Positions 10,052-18,866 of a stretch of DNA of 39,875 nucleotides are shown piece after piece. The stretch's first letter is position 1, and every line of letters starts with the position of its first letter. The position numbers were made by a program, and so were the translations under genes. Source of the DNA: Anaerolineae bacterium (GTDB lineage Bacteria; Chloroflexota; Anaerolineae; S016-19). The stretch is taken from assembly GCA_015486235.1 (NCBI GenBank), contig WFSD01000163.1, positions 1 to 39,875 of the forward strand, read 5' to 3'. The notes beneath the pieces are model-generated. The model was given only the letters and a program-made list of their open reading frames with translations. It did not search any database and was not told the origin of the DNA.

Positions 10052-11022
10052 CAGGCGCCTGCCTCCGCCAGCCCCATCACCTGCTCGTACGCCCGCAGGC
10101 GCGCCTCCAGTTCATCCCGAGGCATCTCGCCTTTGGCAGCTCTCGCTTTCGCCCGCTGGCCCTGGTAACCCATCCCCAGGAGCAGGATACCCCGGATCAG
10201 CTGATTGTACAGCCTGCCGTGGTACTTCCGGAAATAGCGGAGCCTGCTCCGCCAGAGGGCCACGTACATTTCCGCAGGAAACTGGGAGGTGCTTCGGCTG
10301 CTGAAATGCAATGTTCCGGCCCTCGGCTCCAGGTATATCTCCCATCCGGCGTCACGCATCCTCCGGCACCAATCCACCTCCTCGACGTACATGTAGTACC
10401 CCTCGTCCAACAGCCCTACCTGCCGGATCGCCTCCGGCCGCACCATCATCACGGCCCCCAGGATGAAATCCACGGGGAATGGCTTCATGGCAGCGTAGAG
10501 AGACCTCGGGTATCGCCCGTTTAGCCTGGATTCCTGCACCCGCCAGTGGATCGGAAAGAGATCGAGGAACACCTGTTTCCAGTCGGGGAAGCGGAAAGCG
10601 GAATGCTGGAAGACACCGTCTTTGTAGTAAAGGCGCGGCCCCACCATCGCCGCCTCCGGATGGTCATCCATGAACGTGGAGAGGGCGGTCATGGTTCCGA
10701 AATTCAGCAGCGCATCCGGGTTGAGCAGGAGGACGTAGTCCACATCCGTCTCTCCGTCGGGGAAACCCATCTGCCGCAAGGCGAGGTTGTTCCCCGCGGC
10801 GAACCCCAGGTTCTCCCCCGGCTCCAGCAGGTGCACCGATGGGAATTTCTCCCGCACCATCTCCGGTGTGCCGTCGGCGGAGGCGTTGTCCACGACCCAC
10901 ACCTCGGCTTCCACATCCTTTTCCTTGGCAATCCGCTTCATCACTGCCGTGAGCGTCTGGCTGAGGTAGTTTTTGACGTTATAGCTGACGATCACGACGC
11001 CTAGGCTGTTGACTTTGCCCAT
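10051..11022 (-). CDS. Glycosyltransferase family 2 (WbbL-like putative rhamnosyltransferase)
   Basis: VIVSYN, VVDNASADGT, NLGFAAGNN, LLNPD and DEGYYMYVEEVDWCRR motifs. Confidence 0.88.
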   Translation of the reverse strand: MGKVNSLGVVIVSYNVKNYLSQTLTAVMKRIAKEKDVEAEVWVVDNASADGTPEMVREKFPSVHLLEPGENLGFAAGNNLALRQMGFPDGETDVDYVLLLNPDALLNFGTMTALSTFMDDHPEAAMVGPRLYYKDGVFQHSAFRFPDWKQVFLDLFPIHWRVQESRLNGRYPRSLYAAMKPFPVDFILGAVMMVRPEAIRQVGLLDEGYYMYVEEVDWCRRMRDAGWEIYLEPRAGTLHFSSRSTSQFPAEMYVALWRSRLRYFRKYHGRLYNQLIRGILLLGMGYQGQRAKARAAKGEMPRDELEARLRAYEQVMGLAEAGA

Positions 11023-11024
11023 CG

Positions 11025-12323
11025 TTATGGCACTCCTATGGAAATGGAGTGGGCATCAACGTAGTTGTTGAAGCTTTCGATGCCCACGTCCTCGTGTATC
11101 AGCCCGCCCCAGAAATAAACCGGGTTTCTGGGCTGTTTCTCGTCGATGATTATGGTTCCGGTGACCAGACCGCGGTGACCTGGCAGGAGGTAATAGTATG
11201 TCTTGCCGTCTATCACCCTTTTCTCCAGGTCTTGCTCCCTGCCCACGGCAAACCGGAAGGGATACGGTATGCCAGCATTGGTCTCGAAATTGATCCCGAA
11301 CCGCCATACGCCCGGCTGCTCGTACCACGACGTGTCGCCGCTACGCTTCGCCAGGGTATTGAAGTTCTCTCCGATGTGGTACACCGTCCCGGGCGGCGGG
11401 CCAGATGTGCGGATGGGCACCTTCCCGATATTCTCCACCGTGGATGTGAAAACCAGCTTCCCGCCCAGAGGCACCACTTTCGCCGAGAAATCCACCACGC
11501 CGTTCAAGATGTCTGCTCTGGGCACGCCGCCTTCTGTGATGGTGAGGGTGCGGGTGATCATGGTGTGGTTCCCCACCAAATCCGTCACCTCGCCGACAAC
11601 CGTGTACGTGCCGTCGGGGGGCGGCTCGGCACGCTTGTCAATGCCAGCGTCGTAGTCGTAGTAGTGGATGCCGGGCTCGCCCGATGGGATGTTGCGTTCT
11701 TTCTCCTCGATGGGGTATTCGGTGCCGTCGGGCCCCAAGAGGTAGACCCGCACGCGCGAAGCTTTTTTGTTCAGGTAGTAGGTTATGCCAACGCGGTCGT
11801 CTATGCCATCCTGGTTGGGGGAGAAAATCTTCTGGGAGAGGGTGAATTCCCGCAGTTCCGGCAGGACGGTGTCCGCGTTCCTGATCTCGATCTGCCCCTG
11901 GACGACCCCTCGGTGTCCTCCGTCGTCCACCGCCTCGAAAGTGTAAGTGTAAACACCGTCGGGAAGCACTTTGTCCAACGCCAGACCGTCGAAGTATTTT
12001 GTGGTAAAGCGCTCGTGGGTGGGGATGACACCACCCCAGAAGAAGTCATATTTTCCGGCGGAGCGTCGTCGGTTCTTCCGAAGGTAGAAACGCTGGCCTT
12101 TCCGATCGGTGAAGTACGCCGTAAAATCCGCATTGCGGGAGAGGCGGTAGAAAATGTGGGTCACGTCGTCTTTCCCGTCCGCGTTCGGAGATATCGTTGT
12201 CGGGACGAACTCCACATCGGTAATGAGAGGCCTGAAAGAACTGCATCCCGTCATCATCCACACGGCCATCAGAAGCACCCCCAGGGCTCCCACTAGCGAC
12301 AGCTTTTTAGTTCTCCTGTTCAT
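11025..12323 (-). CDS. Putative lipoprotein with two FlgD/Ig-like repeats
   Basis: Signal peptide ending MMTG-C; duplicated SPNxDGxDD...PDGxYT modules. Confidence 0.7.
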   Translation of the reverse strand: MNRRTKKLSLVGALGVLLMAVWMMTGCSSFRPLITDVEFVPTTISPNADGKDDVTHIFYRLSRNADFTAYFTDRKGQRFYLRKNRRRSAGKYDFFWGGVIPTHERFTTKYFDGLALDKVLPDGVYTYTFEAVDDGGHRGVVQGQIEIRNADTVLPELREFTLSQKIFSPNQDGIDDRVGITYYLNKKASRVRVYLLGPDGTEYPIEEKERNIPSGEPGIHYYDYDAGIDKRAEPPPDGTYTVVGEVTDLVGNHTMITRTLTITEGGVPRADILNGVVDFSAKVVPLGGKLVFTSTVENIGKVPIRTSGPPPGTVYHIGENFNTLAKRSGDTSWYEQPGVWRFGINFETNAGIPYPFRFAVGREQDLEKRVIDGKTYYYLLPGHRGLVTGTIIIDEKQPRNPVYFWGGLIHEDVGIESFNNYVDAHSISIGVP

Positions 12324-12888
12324 GGTCTCCCTCGACGACCCGCTCGAAGAAAATCAGCAGGGTGCTTCCGTATTTGCGTCTGTCCACCTCTCGGAAATTC
12401 TCCAGGGGGACGTCTTCCCATTCTTTCGGGTAGATCTGGACGATTACCCAGCCATACTCCTCCACCAGCTCGGGGTGCTCGTCCAGGAGCCTCAGCGTGT
12501 CTAGCCACACCCCCTGGTACTGCGGCGGGGCAACATATACAAAGTCAAATGGACCGGAATCCTTCGCGCAGCACTTCAGGAACTCGAAAACATCCCCGTG
12601 ATGAATGTAGGCGCCGGCTTCCAGGTGCGTGTGTGCCAGGTTATCCTTGATCACCCGTATCGCTTTCCGGCTCCGTTCCACGAAGTGGACTTCGTCCGCG
12701 CCGCGGCTTAGCGCCTCGATTCCCACGGCTCCCGTGCCGCCGAACAGATCGAGCCAGCGGCTTCCGGCCACACTTTCGCCGAGTATGTCGAAAAGGGAGC
12801 GCTTCACCCGATCGGTTATTGGCCGGGTGGTGCCTCCCGGAACGCTTTTCAGATTTGCTTTTTTTGCCTTCCCAGCGACTACCCGCAT
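12307..12888 (-). CDS. rsmD: 16S rRNA m2G966 methyltransferase
   Basis: MRVVAG, TRPITDRVK, LDLFGGTGAVGIEALSRGA, APPQY and YG motifs. Confidence 0.92.
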   Translation of the reverse strand: MRVVAGKAKKANLKSVPGGTTRPITDRVKRSLFDILGESVAGSRWLDLFGGTGAVGIEALSRGADEVHFVERSRKAIRVIKDNLAHTHLEAGAYIHHGDVFEFLKCCAKDSGPFDFVYVAPPQYQGVWLDTLRLLDEHPELVEEYGWVIVQIYPKEWEDVPLENFREVDRRKYGSTLLIFFERVVEGDHEQEN

Positions 12889-12958
12889 GGTTTTTCACTC
12901 CTTGGAGTTTTGACAATCGGGCTGCCCTGCCAGGCTGAGCTTTTCGCCTTGAAGGCAG

Positions 12959-13010
12959 AAAAAAAGGGGTGCTACATCTTGTGGAAGCCCGACCACAAGA
13001 TGTACCCTTT
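12959..13010 (-). terminator. Intrinsic terminator (possibly bidirectional)
   Basis: 12-bp perfect stem TACATCTTGTGG/CCACAAGATGTA extended by GGG/CCC; T7 tract on the minus strand, TTTCTT on the plus strand. Confidence 0.8.
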
Positions 13011-13088
13011 CTTCCCAGTCATGTGCCAGGCGTGAAGCCCCGGAAAGCTCCGTTTCCGCTTTGTCAAAAGTCCAATACTCCAAAAAAC

Positions 13089-13279
13089 GGTGGATTACAC
13101 GGATTCCATGCCCCCTGCCAGGCGCGTTCGAGTGCTGGAGACATACCAGCGTCCTACGCGCCAGCATGCCCAGAGATGAGATCGGCTGGCTGCAGTCAGA
13201 CCGATGCCTGTCAGGGAAGCAGCCCACCAGTGCCAAGGGTTCATGAACCTTCTTGGCATTTCGGCCCTGTTGGCGGCGC
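13089..13279. ncRNA. Candidate structured RNA (partial 6S-like motifs on + strand; identity unproven)
   Basis: Several nested stems seen by eye; GCGTTCG, CACC..CCAAGGGTTCA and GGCGGC resemble conserved 6S blocks. Confidence 0.3.
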
Positions 13280-14656
13280 TTACCGCTTGACCGAGTAGAA
13301 TGGGTGGGTCAGCATCCAGCGGGAGTAGTCCTCGGCGGTATCTATGTCCTCCCCACGCCACGCCTCTATGATCGGCACCGACAGGGATACATAAGCATAC
13401 TTCCGGACCACTTTCTTGCCCCCCTCGGTATATCGCAGAGCCAGCAGGTCAGGGAAGAGCTTCTTGTCGAAGAGCACTGGCAGCCCCTGCTCGCCGTAGT
13501 AGGATGCGTAGACCACTGGTCTATCGGTGGATTCGTACCGCCAGCGTATCCGGTTCATGATGTCCGACGTCAGACCGGGTTGGTCGCTGTGGATGAACAT
13601 GGCGGCGTCCACGTCTTCCGGCAGCGCCCTGACAGCGGCTTTGATGGATGTGCTGATCCCGACCTCCCAGTCCGGATTGACGACGATTCTCACCGGCTCG
13701 TCCGCCAGCGTTTTCCGCACCTCGTCGGCCCTGTGCCCCAGCACTACGATGATGTCGGTAAAATTGACCCCTTTCACCTGATCCAGGACGTGCTGGATAA
13801 GGGTCTTGTCACCCCAGGGGAGAAGTTGCTTTGGCCTGCCGCCCATGCGGCGGCTTCCTCCTGCCGCCAGGATCACCGCAGCTACCCGTCTCCGGGTGGC
13901 AAGCACGGGCTCTCGCCTCCCGGTGTCTGTCAGCGCCACTCTCTTCACTTCCTTACTCTTCAGGAGCTCGTTGGCCAGATCGACAGCTTTCTCCAACCTC
14001 TCGTCTGAGTCGCATTTGTCCACCATGGGGATGAACCGAGCGCCCTCCGGCACACCTTTGAGTCCGCCGTCTTTGTGTGTCAGAACCCTGGCTATCGTTT
14101 CCACCGTGATAGGGGTGAAGATCGGCTGTTTGGCCAGAGCTGCTATGGTGTCCGCGTTGTACACGATGATCTCGTTGACCGGCTTCCCCATCACCGGAGC
14201 GTTGAGCAACGAAACCACCGTGGTGGTGGTCCCCGGTATCACGGGTTCGCCCTCCGATGGAGCTTTGAAATCTTTCCTGTGAGACAGGTCTGCCTCCACC
14301 AGGACGTAGTCCACGTCTTCTATCTGGCTCACCCGGTCGATCACTTCCACCGGCACGCCACCCATCCTGCCGTCGCTGGCGGCCGGGCCTGTGAGTGTAA
14401 TGTGTGGGTGATCCAACAGCGCACCGCGAACCATCTCTTCCGCCGCATCGGGGTCCTGCGCGAAAATCAGGTAATCGCCCCAGCCCGGCCACATGGGAAT
14501 CCCCGGAACCGTAGCGGCGGTGACCACCCGCTTGCCCAGCATTTGCAGCTCGTCGGCAGTGCGGAACATGACCCTGGTCTTGCCCTGACCGCCAATGAAC
14601 GAAATCACCTCTTTCTCCCTGAGTTGTAGTGCTTCCGTAATTCTCATCTGCGTCAT
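13280..14656 (-). CDS. YqeC (selenium-dependent molybdenum hydroxylase accessory protein) fused to a MocA/YgfJ-like molybdenum cofactor cytidylyltransferase
   Basis: N-terminal GGQGKT and EAD...KAP..EPVIP (YqeC); C-terminal VILAAGGSRRMG.PKQLL, DQP and DIDT.EDY (NTP transferase). Confidence 0.85.
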   Translation of the reverse strand: MTQMRITEALQLREKEVISFIGGQGKTRVMFRTADELQMLGKRVVTAATVPGIPMWPGWGDYLIFAQDPDAAEEMVRGALLDHPHITLTGPAASDGRMGGVPVEVIDRVSQIEDVDYVLVEADLSHRKDFKAPSEGEPVIPGTTTTVVSLLNAPVMGKPVNEIIVYNADTIAALAKQPIFTPITVETIARVLTHKDGGLKGVPEGARFIPMVDKCDSDERLEKAVDLANELLKSKEVKRVALTDTGRREPVLATRRRVAAVILAAGGSRRMGGRPKQLLPWGDKTLIQHVLDQVKGVNFTDIIVVLGHRADEVRKTLADEPVRIVVNPDWEVGISTSIKAAVRALPEDVDAAMFIHSDQPGLTSDIMNRIRWRYESTDRPVVYASYYGEQGLPVLFDKKLFPDLLALRYTEGGKKVVRKYAYVSLSVPIIEAWRGEDIDTAEDYSRWMLTHPFYSVKR

Positions 14657-14713
14657 CTCCTTCTTGACCTGACTCGAGGGCAGCGTTGCATGTTGGCCCT
14701 CTTTTCCAAAACC

Positions 14714-15907
14714 TCACCCCTCGGACGCCAGTGCCACCGGCATGACTAGGGCGTCCGTCGGACAACGTACCGCGCACAATCCACACCCGAAGCAAAGGTT
14801 CGGGTCGAACACAGCTTTCTCTCCCTCCATCCAGATAGCGTGATAATGGCAACTCAGCTCGCAGAGAGTGCAGCCGATGCACTCGCTCGGGTCGTAGATT
14901 AGCGGGATGGTGTGGGTGTGCGGCTCCAGCCTCTGCCAGTTCCGAACGCCCAGCCCCACCACGTCGCGGACTCCCGCGTAGTCGTGGGAGACCAGCCATT
15001 TGTCGAGTTTGCGAGCGAGACTGCCATAGAATTCAGGGCCACGTGTGGAAGCTTCCGTGGCGATCTGCACCGCTGACGCTCCGCTCATCAAGAACTCCAC
15101 CGCATCCGCTGCGGATGCCACGCCTCCGGCACCGATGACCGGTATCCCGACGGCTCGCGCTATGTCGAAGACGTTCCGCAGCGCCAGTGCTCGTATCGCC
15201 GTCCCTCCGATCCACGCGTGGCCATCGTCGCTGGCGAAAGACGGCCGCGCCCGTTCGATATCGATGGTCATCACAGGGCCAAACGAATGGGTGGCAACTA
15301 TCCCGTCGGCCCCCGCGGCCTCGGCAGCCCTCGCCACATCCGCAATTTCCGGGCCCATGGGAGGCAGTTTCACCAGCACCGGGCCGGAGAACGCCCCTTT
15401 GGCCGCCTGCACCGCATCCCTGAGAGGCGTCGGGTCCTTCGCGATCGGGTTGCCATGGCGGGATGCGACCTCCCGGATCACCGCAGCGGCGTCGGACATA
15501 GCCCCGCCGCCGGGGCGAAGGAACTGACTCGACAGCTCCAGGCCGTCGGCAAAAGGCACCACTTTCGGGACTACCTGGTCCACTTCCTCGGCATTGAAGC
15601 CCACGCTGACCACCAGGGGTATTCCCGCTATGTCGGCCGCCGCTCTGGCCTGGGGCAGAAATTCGGACACCCACCGCCCTATCGGGTACCGGGACCACGT
15701 GGGCAGGTGGAGCATCCCACCGCGGATCTTGACCGGCGTTGGGGGGTTGGGCGCGGGCAGGAGCGAGATCGTATGGGTCACCAGCCCACCAGCACCGTTC
15801 TTAGCCACGGCCGCCAGCCGATCGCCCGTGCCCACCGCCGGGCTGGACGCTGGCAGCACCGGGCTCTTGAAATCGAGGCCTGCCACGGAAATCCTCAAAT
15901 CAGCCAT
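14714..15907 (-). CDS. Dihydroorotate/dihydropyrimidine dehydrogenase-like FMN barrel with C-terminal 2x[4Fe-4S] ferredoxin (PreA-like, degenerate active site)
   Basis: PVLVKL, IPVIGAGGV and GASAVQI motifs; CIGCTLCELSC and CFGCGLCAVRC. Confidence 0.8.
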   Translation of the reverse strand: MADLRISVAGLDFKSPVLPASSPAVGTGDRLAAVAKNGAGGLVTHTISLLPAPNPPTPVKIRGGMLHLPTWSRYPIGRWVSEFLPQARAAADIAGIPLVVSVGFNAEEVDQVVPKVVPFADGLELSSQFLRPGGGAMSDAAAVIREVASRHGNPIAKDPTPLRDAVQAAKGAFSGPVLVKLPPMGPEIADVARAAEAAGADGIVATHSFGPVMTIDIERARPSFASDDGHAWIGGTAIRALALRNVFDIARAVGIPVIGAGGVASAADAVEFLMSGASAVQIATEASTRGPEFYGSLARKLDKWLVSHDYAGVRDVVGLGVRNWQRLEPHTHTIPLIYDPSECIGCTLCELSCHYHAIWMEGEKAVFDPNLCFGCGLCAVRCPTDALVMPVALASEG

Positions 15908-16823
15908 GGCGCGCCTCCCCCGCAGCTTCCGGCAGCGCTAAGGCTCGTATTTCCTCCACGCTGGGGTAGCCGTGGTCGTCCAGCCACTTCTCCATCTCCC
16001 TCGCAATGATCCCGTAGATGCCGCTTCCCCGCATGATAGCCGCCGTGCAGACCCCCACCAGGCTCGCTCCGGCCATGATGTACTCGATGGCGTCCTTGCC
16101 GTTGCTGATCCCGCCGACGCCGATGATGGGCAGGTCGACGGCCTGTGCAATGTCGTACACACACCGCAATGATAGCGGCTTCAGCGCCGGGCCGGAGAGC
16201 CAGCCGTATGAATTCTTGCCCCCGAGCCACGGATAGCCGGTCTCCACGTTCAACCCAAAGGCGGGGCCGAAAGAGTTGGTGGCACTGATGCCGTCGGCAC
16301 CAGCCTCTTTTGCCGCCTGGGCTGCGGCCTTCATCTCCCGCCCCAGGGGGCTCATTTTCACCAGCACCGGGACATCCAGGGCGCTCTTCGCCGCGTCTAT
16401 CGCCTCGATCATAGGGCGTGGGTCCTCCCCCAGGTAGTGCGTGGAAAGCTCCAGGGCGTCGGCCCAGGGTTTGAGCTTCGGGGCAAGCTGGGCGATCTCC
16501 TGGGCGGTGTAGCCCAGGCTGATGATGAGAGGGATGCCTGCTTCGTCTGCGGCGCTCCTGGCGATGCTGTACTCCTTGCCGAGCCACCGTTCCGGCGGCA
16601 GTTCCGACCACAATTCTGTGTTGATGAACCCTCCGCGGATCGCCGCCATGTGCGGCATGGGCACCGGCGCGGCGTCCACCGAGATTGTCTTGCTCAGGAG
16701 GCCGCCCGCACCGCCCTCCGCTGCCTCCAGCAGATGCTCACCATCCCGGACGTTGGGCCCAGCAGCGGGAAGCACCGGATTGCGGAACCGCATGCCGAGG
16801 AACTCGACCGTCATGTCAGCCAT
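15900..16823 (-). CDS. Dihydroorotate dehydrogenase family 1-like flavoprotein with non-canonical active-site loop
   Basis: FRNPVLPAAGP, LSKTIS, VLVKMSP, ATNSFG, LSGPALKP and IIGVGGI motifs; ELSTHY replaces ELNxSCP. Confidence 0.82.
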   Translation of the reverse strand: MADMTVEFLGMRFRNPVLPAAGPNVRDGEHLLEAAEGGAGGLLSKTISVDAAPVPMPHMAAIRGGFINTELWSELPPERWLGKEYSIARSAADEAGIPLIISLGYTAQEIAQLAPKLKPWADALELSTHYLGEDPRPMIEAIDAAKSALDVPVLVKMSPLGREMKAAAQAAKEAGADGISATNSFGPAFGLNVETGYPWLGGKNSYGWLSGPALKPLSLRCVYDIAQAVDLPIIGVGGISNGKDAIEYIMAGASLVGVCTAAIMRGSGIYGIIAREMEKWLDDHGYPSVEEIRALALPEAAGEARHG

Positions 16824-17115
16824 GTACTACCCCTTTTCTGCTCAGTTCCCCCACTCCGACGAAAAGGATTGGGTGCTCGTCGTCCGCCAGGAACTCCGAC
16901 AGGTATACGGCGATCTCTCCCTCACGTCCATCGTCCAGCAGGAAATGGTAGTCCTGCTCGCCTTTGGAGAGACGCTCCCTTATTTCTCTTTCTCCCTCTT
17001 GGAGCTCCAGAACGCCGCCCCATTTCGGCGGATCGAACCACGTCAGGGCTATCACATCCCAGGCACTCCCATCAGTCCCGACGATCTTTCCTTTGTGACG
17101 AGTGGTAAGCGTCAT
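16816..17115 (-). CDS. Hypothetical protein (99 aa)
   Basis: ATG with GGAAAGGAG RBS; stop overlaps the next start (ATGGCTGA). Confidence 0.65.
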   Translation of the reverse strand: MTLTTRHKGKIVGTDGSAWDVIALTWFDPPKWGGVLELQEGEREIRERLSKGEQDYHFLLDDGREGEIAVYLSEFLADDEHPILFVGVGELSRKGVVHG

Positions 17116-17144
17116 GCATTCTCCTTTCCCGACCGACGACTCTT

Positions 17145-17272
17145 TCACCGCAAAGCTCGCGGAGTTCGCAGAGAACATTGAAAAGCCGTTAGCAGTTAGC
17201 CGATAGCCGGTAGCGGCCCTTGCCTCTTCAGCATTTTTCATGCTGACAGCTATCGGCTGCCGGCCATCGGCT
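17145..17272. repeat. Composite element: 9-mer-periodic TCACCGC arm plus heptamer inverted arms
   Basis: TCAC-CGCAAAGCT-CGCGGAGTT-CGCAGAG, then (AGCMGNT)n at 17184-17214 and its inverse at 17242-17272; shares AAAAGCCGTTAGCAGTTAGC with the 31544 element. Confidence 0.8.
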
Positions 17273-17274
17273 CT

Positions 17275-18609
17275 TCACATCTCCGCCACGCGCTGCCACA
17301 CTGCCGGGGCGATCTCCAGGCCGCGGGCGGCGATTCTTTCCTCGTCCAGGGTCAGGAGCTTCCTCCCACGCATCAGCACTTTCCCGCCGACGATGGTGGT
17401 ATCCACGTGGGAACCGGAAACACCGAAAACGATGTGCCACGGGAAGTTCCCGTCGGTCACGGGCGTGTACGGGCGGTAGTCCAGCAGGATGATGTCCGCC
17501 GCAGCCCCCGGCTCCAGTTTCCCCACGGGGAAGCCGAAAGCCTCCGACGCCAGCCTGGCGTTGTTCTCCACCGCCATGCGGATGACCTGGTCGGCGCCCA
17601 TCAGTCTAGGGTCGCCCCGCCACACTTTCGGCAGGAGGTAGGCGAACTTCATCTCCATGAACATGTCATTGCTGAAGCCATCGTTTCCCAGCACCACTTT
17701 CATGCCCCCCCGGAGCATGGAAGGGACGTCGGCCACGCCGACGGCGTTGTTCATGTTCGAACGCGGCTGGTGCGAGACCCACGTGCCGGAACTCCGCAGC
17801 GCCTCGATCTCCCACGGGTCCACGTGCACGGCGTGGGCAGCGATGCTCCTCGGGCCGAGTATCCCAAGGTCGAGGAGGCGATGAACCACCCGCTTGCCGG
17901 ACTTCCGGAGGCTGTCGTCCACGTCCTCCCGACCCTCCGCCACGTGGATGTGGAACCCGGCGCCCAGGGGCTCCGCCTCGGCGCGGCAGCGCTCCAGGGT
18001 CTCGTCGGAGAGGGTCAGGGAAGCGTGGAGGCCGAAAGTGCCGGCGAGGCGCGGCGATGGGTTCGACCGGAGTCGCCTCAGGAACCGGACGTTCTCCCGT
18101 ATCCCCGCCAGGGCGCCCTCAGGTCCGTTCCGGTCGGTGACCTCGTAGGCCAGGGACGCCCGCACGCCCGCCTCCTCCACCACGTCGGCGATCACGTCCA
18201 GGGAACCGTCGATGAAGTTCGGGCTGGCGTGGTGGTCGAAAAGGGTAGTAGTCCCGTGGCGTATGGCGTCGGACAGGGCGACCTGTGCGCTTATCCGCAC
18301 TGATTCCTCATCCAGCGCCCGATCCAGCTTCCACCAGAGCCGTTCCAGAATCTGGACGAAAGTCCGGGGAGGCTCTCCCGGCACCGCCATTCCGCGAGCA
18401 AAGGCGCCGTAGAAATGGGTGTGGGCGCAGATGAGGCCGGGCATGACCAGCATCCCATCGGCATCCAAAACCTCGTCTTCAGGGAAGCATTTCGTCACCT
18501 CCGCCGTGGAACCGACGGCATCTATGACGCCATCGGAAATCCGAACGGCGCCGTCTTCCAACACCCCGCCCTCGGACATGGTGAGCACCAAGCCATGAAC
18601 AATGAGCAT
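17275..18609 (-). CDS. ssnA: SsnA-like metal-dependent aminohydrolase (amidohydrolase superfamily)
   Basis: PGLICAHTHFYG, LWWKLDRAL, GTTTLFDHHASP, GLHASLT, HIHVAEG, SNMNNAVG and LGNDG motifs; start 18609 with GAGG RBS. Confidence 0.85.
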   Translation of the reverse strand: MLIVHGLVLTMSEGGVLEDGAVRISDGVIDAVGSTAEVTKCFPEDEVLDADGMLVMPGLICAHTHFYGAFARGMAVPGEPPRTFVQILERLWWKLDRALDEESVRISAQVALSDAIRHGTTTLFDHHASPNFIDGSLDVIADVVEEAGVRASLAYEVTDRNGPEGALAGIRENVRFLRRLRSNPSPRLAGTFGLHASLTLSDETLERCRAEAEPLGAGFHIHVAEGREDVDDSLRKSGKRVVHRLLDLGILGPRSIAAHAVHVDPWEIEALRSSGTWVSHQPRSNMNNAVGVADVPSMLRGGMKVVLGNDGFSNDMFMEMKFAYLLPKVWRGDPRLMGADQVIRMAVENNARLASEAFGFPVGKLEPGAAADIILLDYRPYTPVTDGNFPWHIVFGVSGSHVDTTIVGGKVLMRGRKLLTLDEERIAARGLEIAPAVWQRVAEM

Positions 18610-18667
18610 TTTTCCGCCTCTTCCCTTCTCCCCGAAATGCATAAAACGTTTCTTACAGCTCAACTAC

Positions 18668-18696
18668 ATTTTAACACACCTTTTGCAATTCTCCAA
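18668..18696 (-). promoter_or_regulatory. Putative sigma70 promoter of the ssnA operon
   Basis: Minus strand TTGGAG-17 nt-TAAAAT with extended -10 TG, in an AT-rich patch. Confidence 0.5.
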
Positions 18697-18866
18697 ATTC
18701 GCACCTGTACTAAGCGCGCAGGCGAAATATTTTGTAATGATAGGTATTTCATCTCCAGTGGCTTCATGGTGGAACGCAGCGGAGTCTCCGCTCAAAAAGC
18801 AGCCCCTTCGGGTCGCCCAGCTCAGGGCACACCCAATCCACCCGTAATTCGCACTCCGGGGATTGG

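Noticed and set aside
13280-18609. Selenocysteine read-through in the selenium-associated cluster
   Set aside because: The ORFs appear full length; TGA stops at 15900 and 16816 overlap the next start codon, and no in-frame TGA at a Cys position was seen
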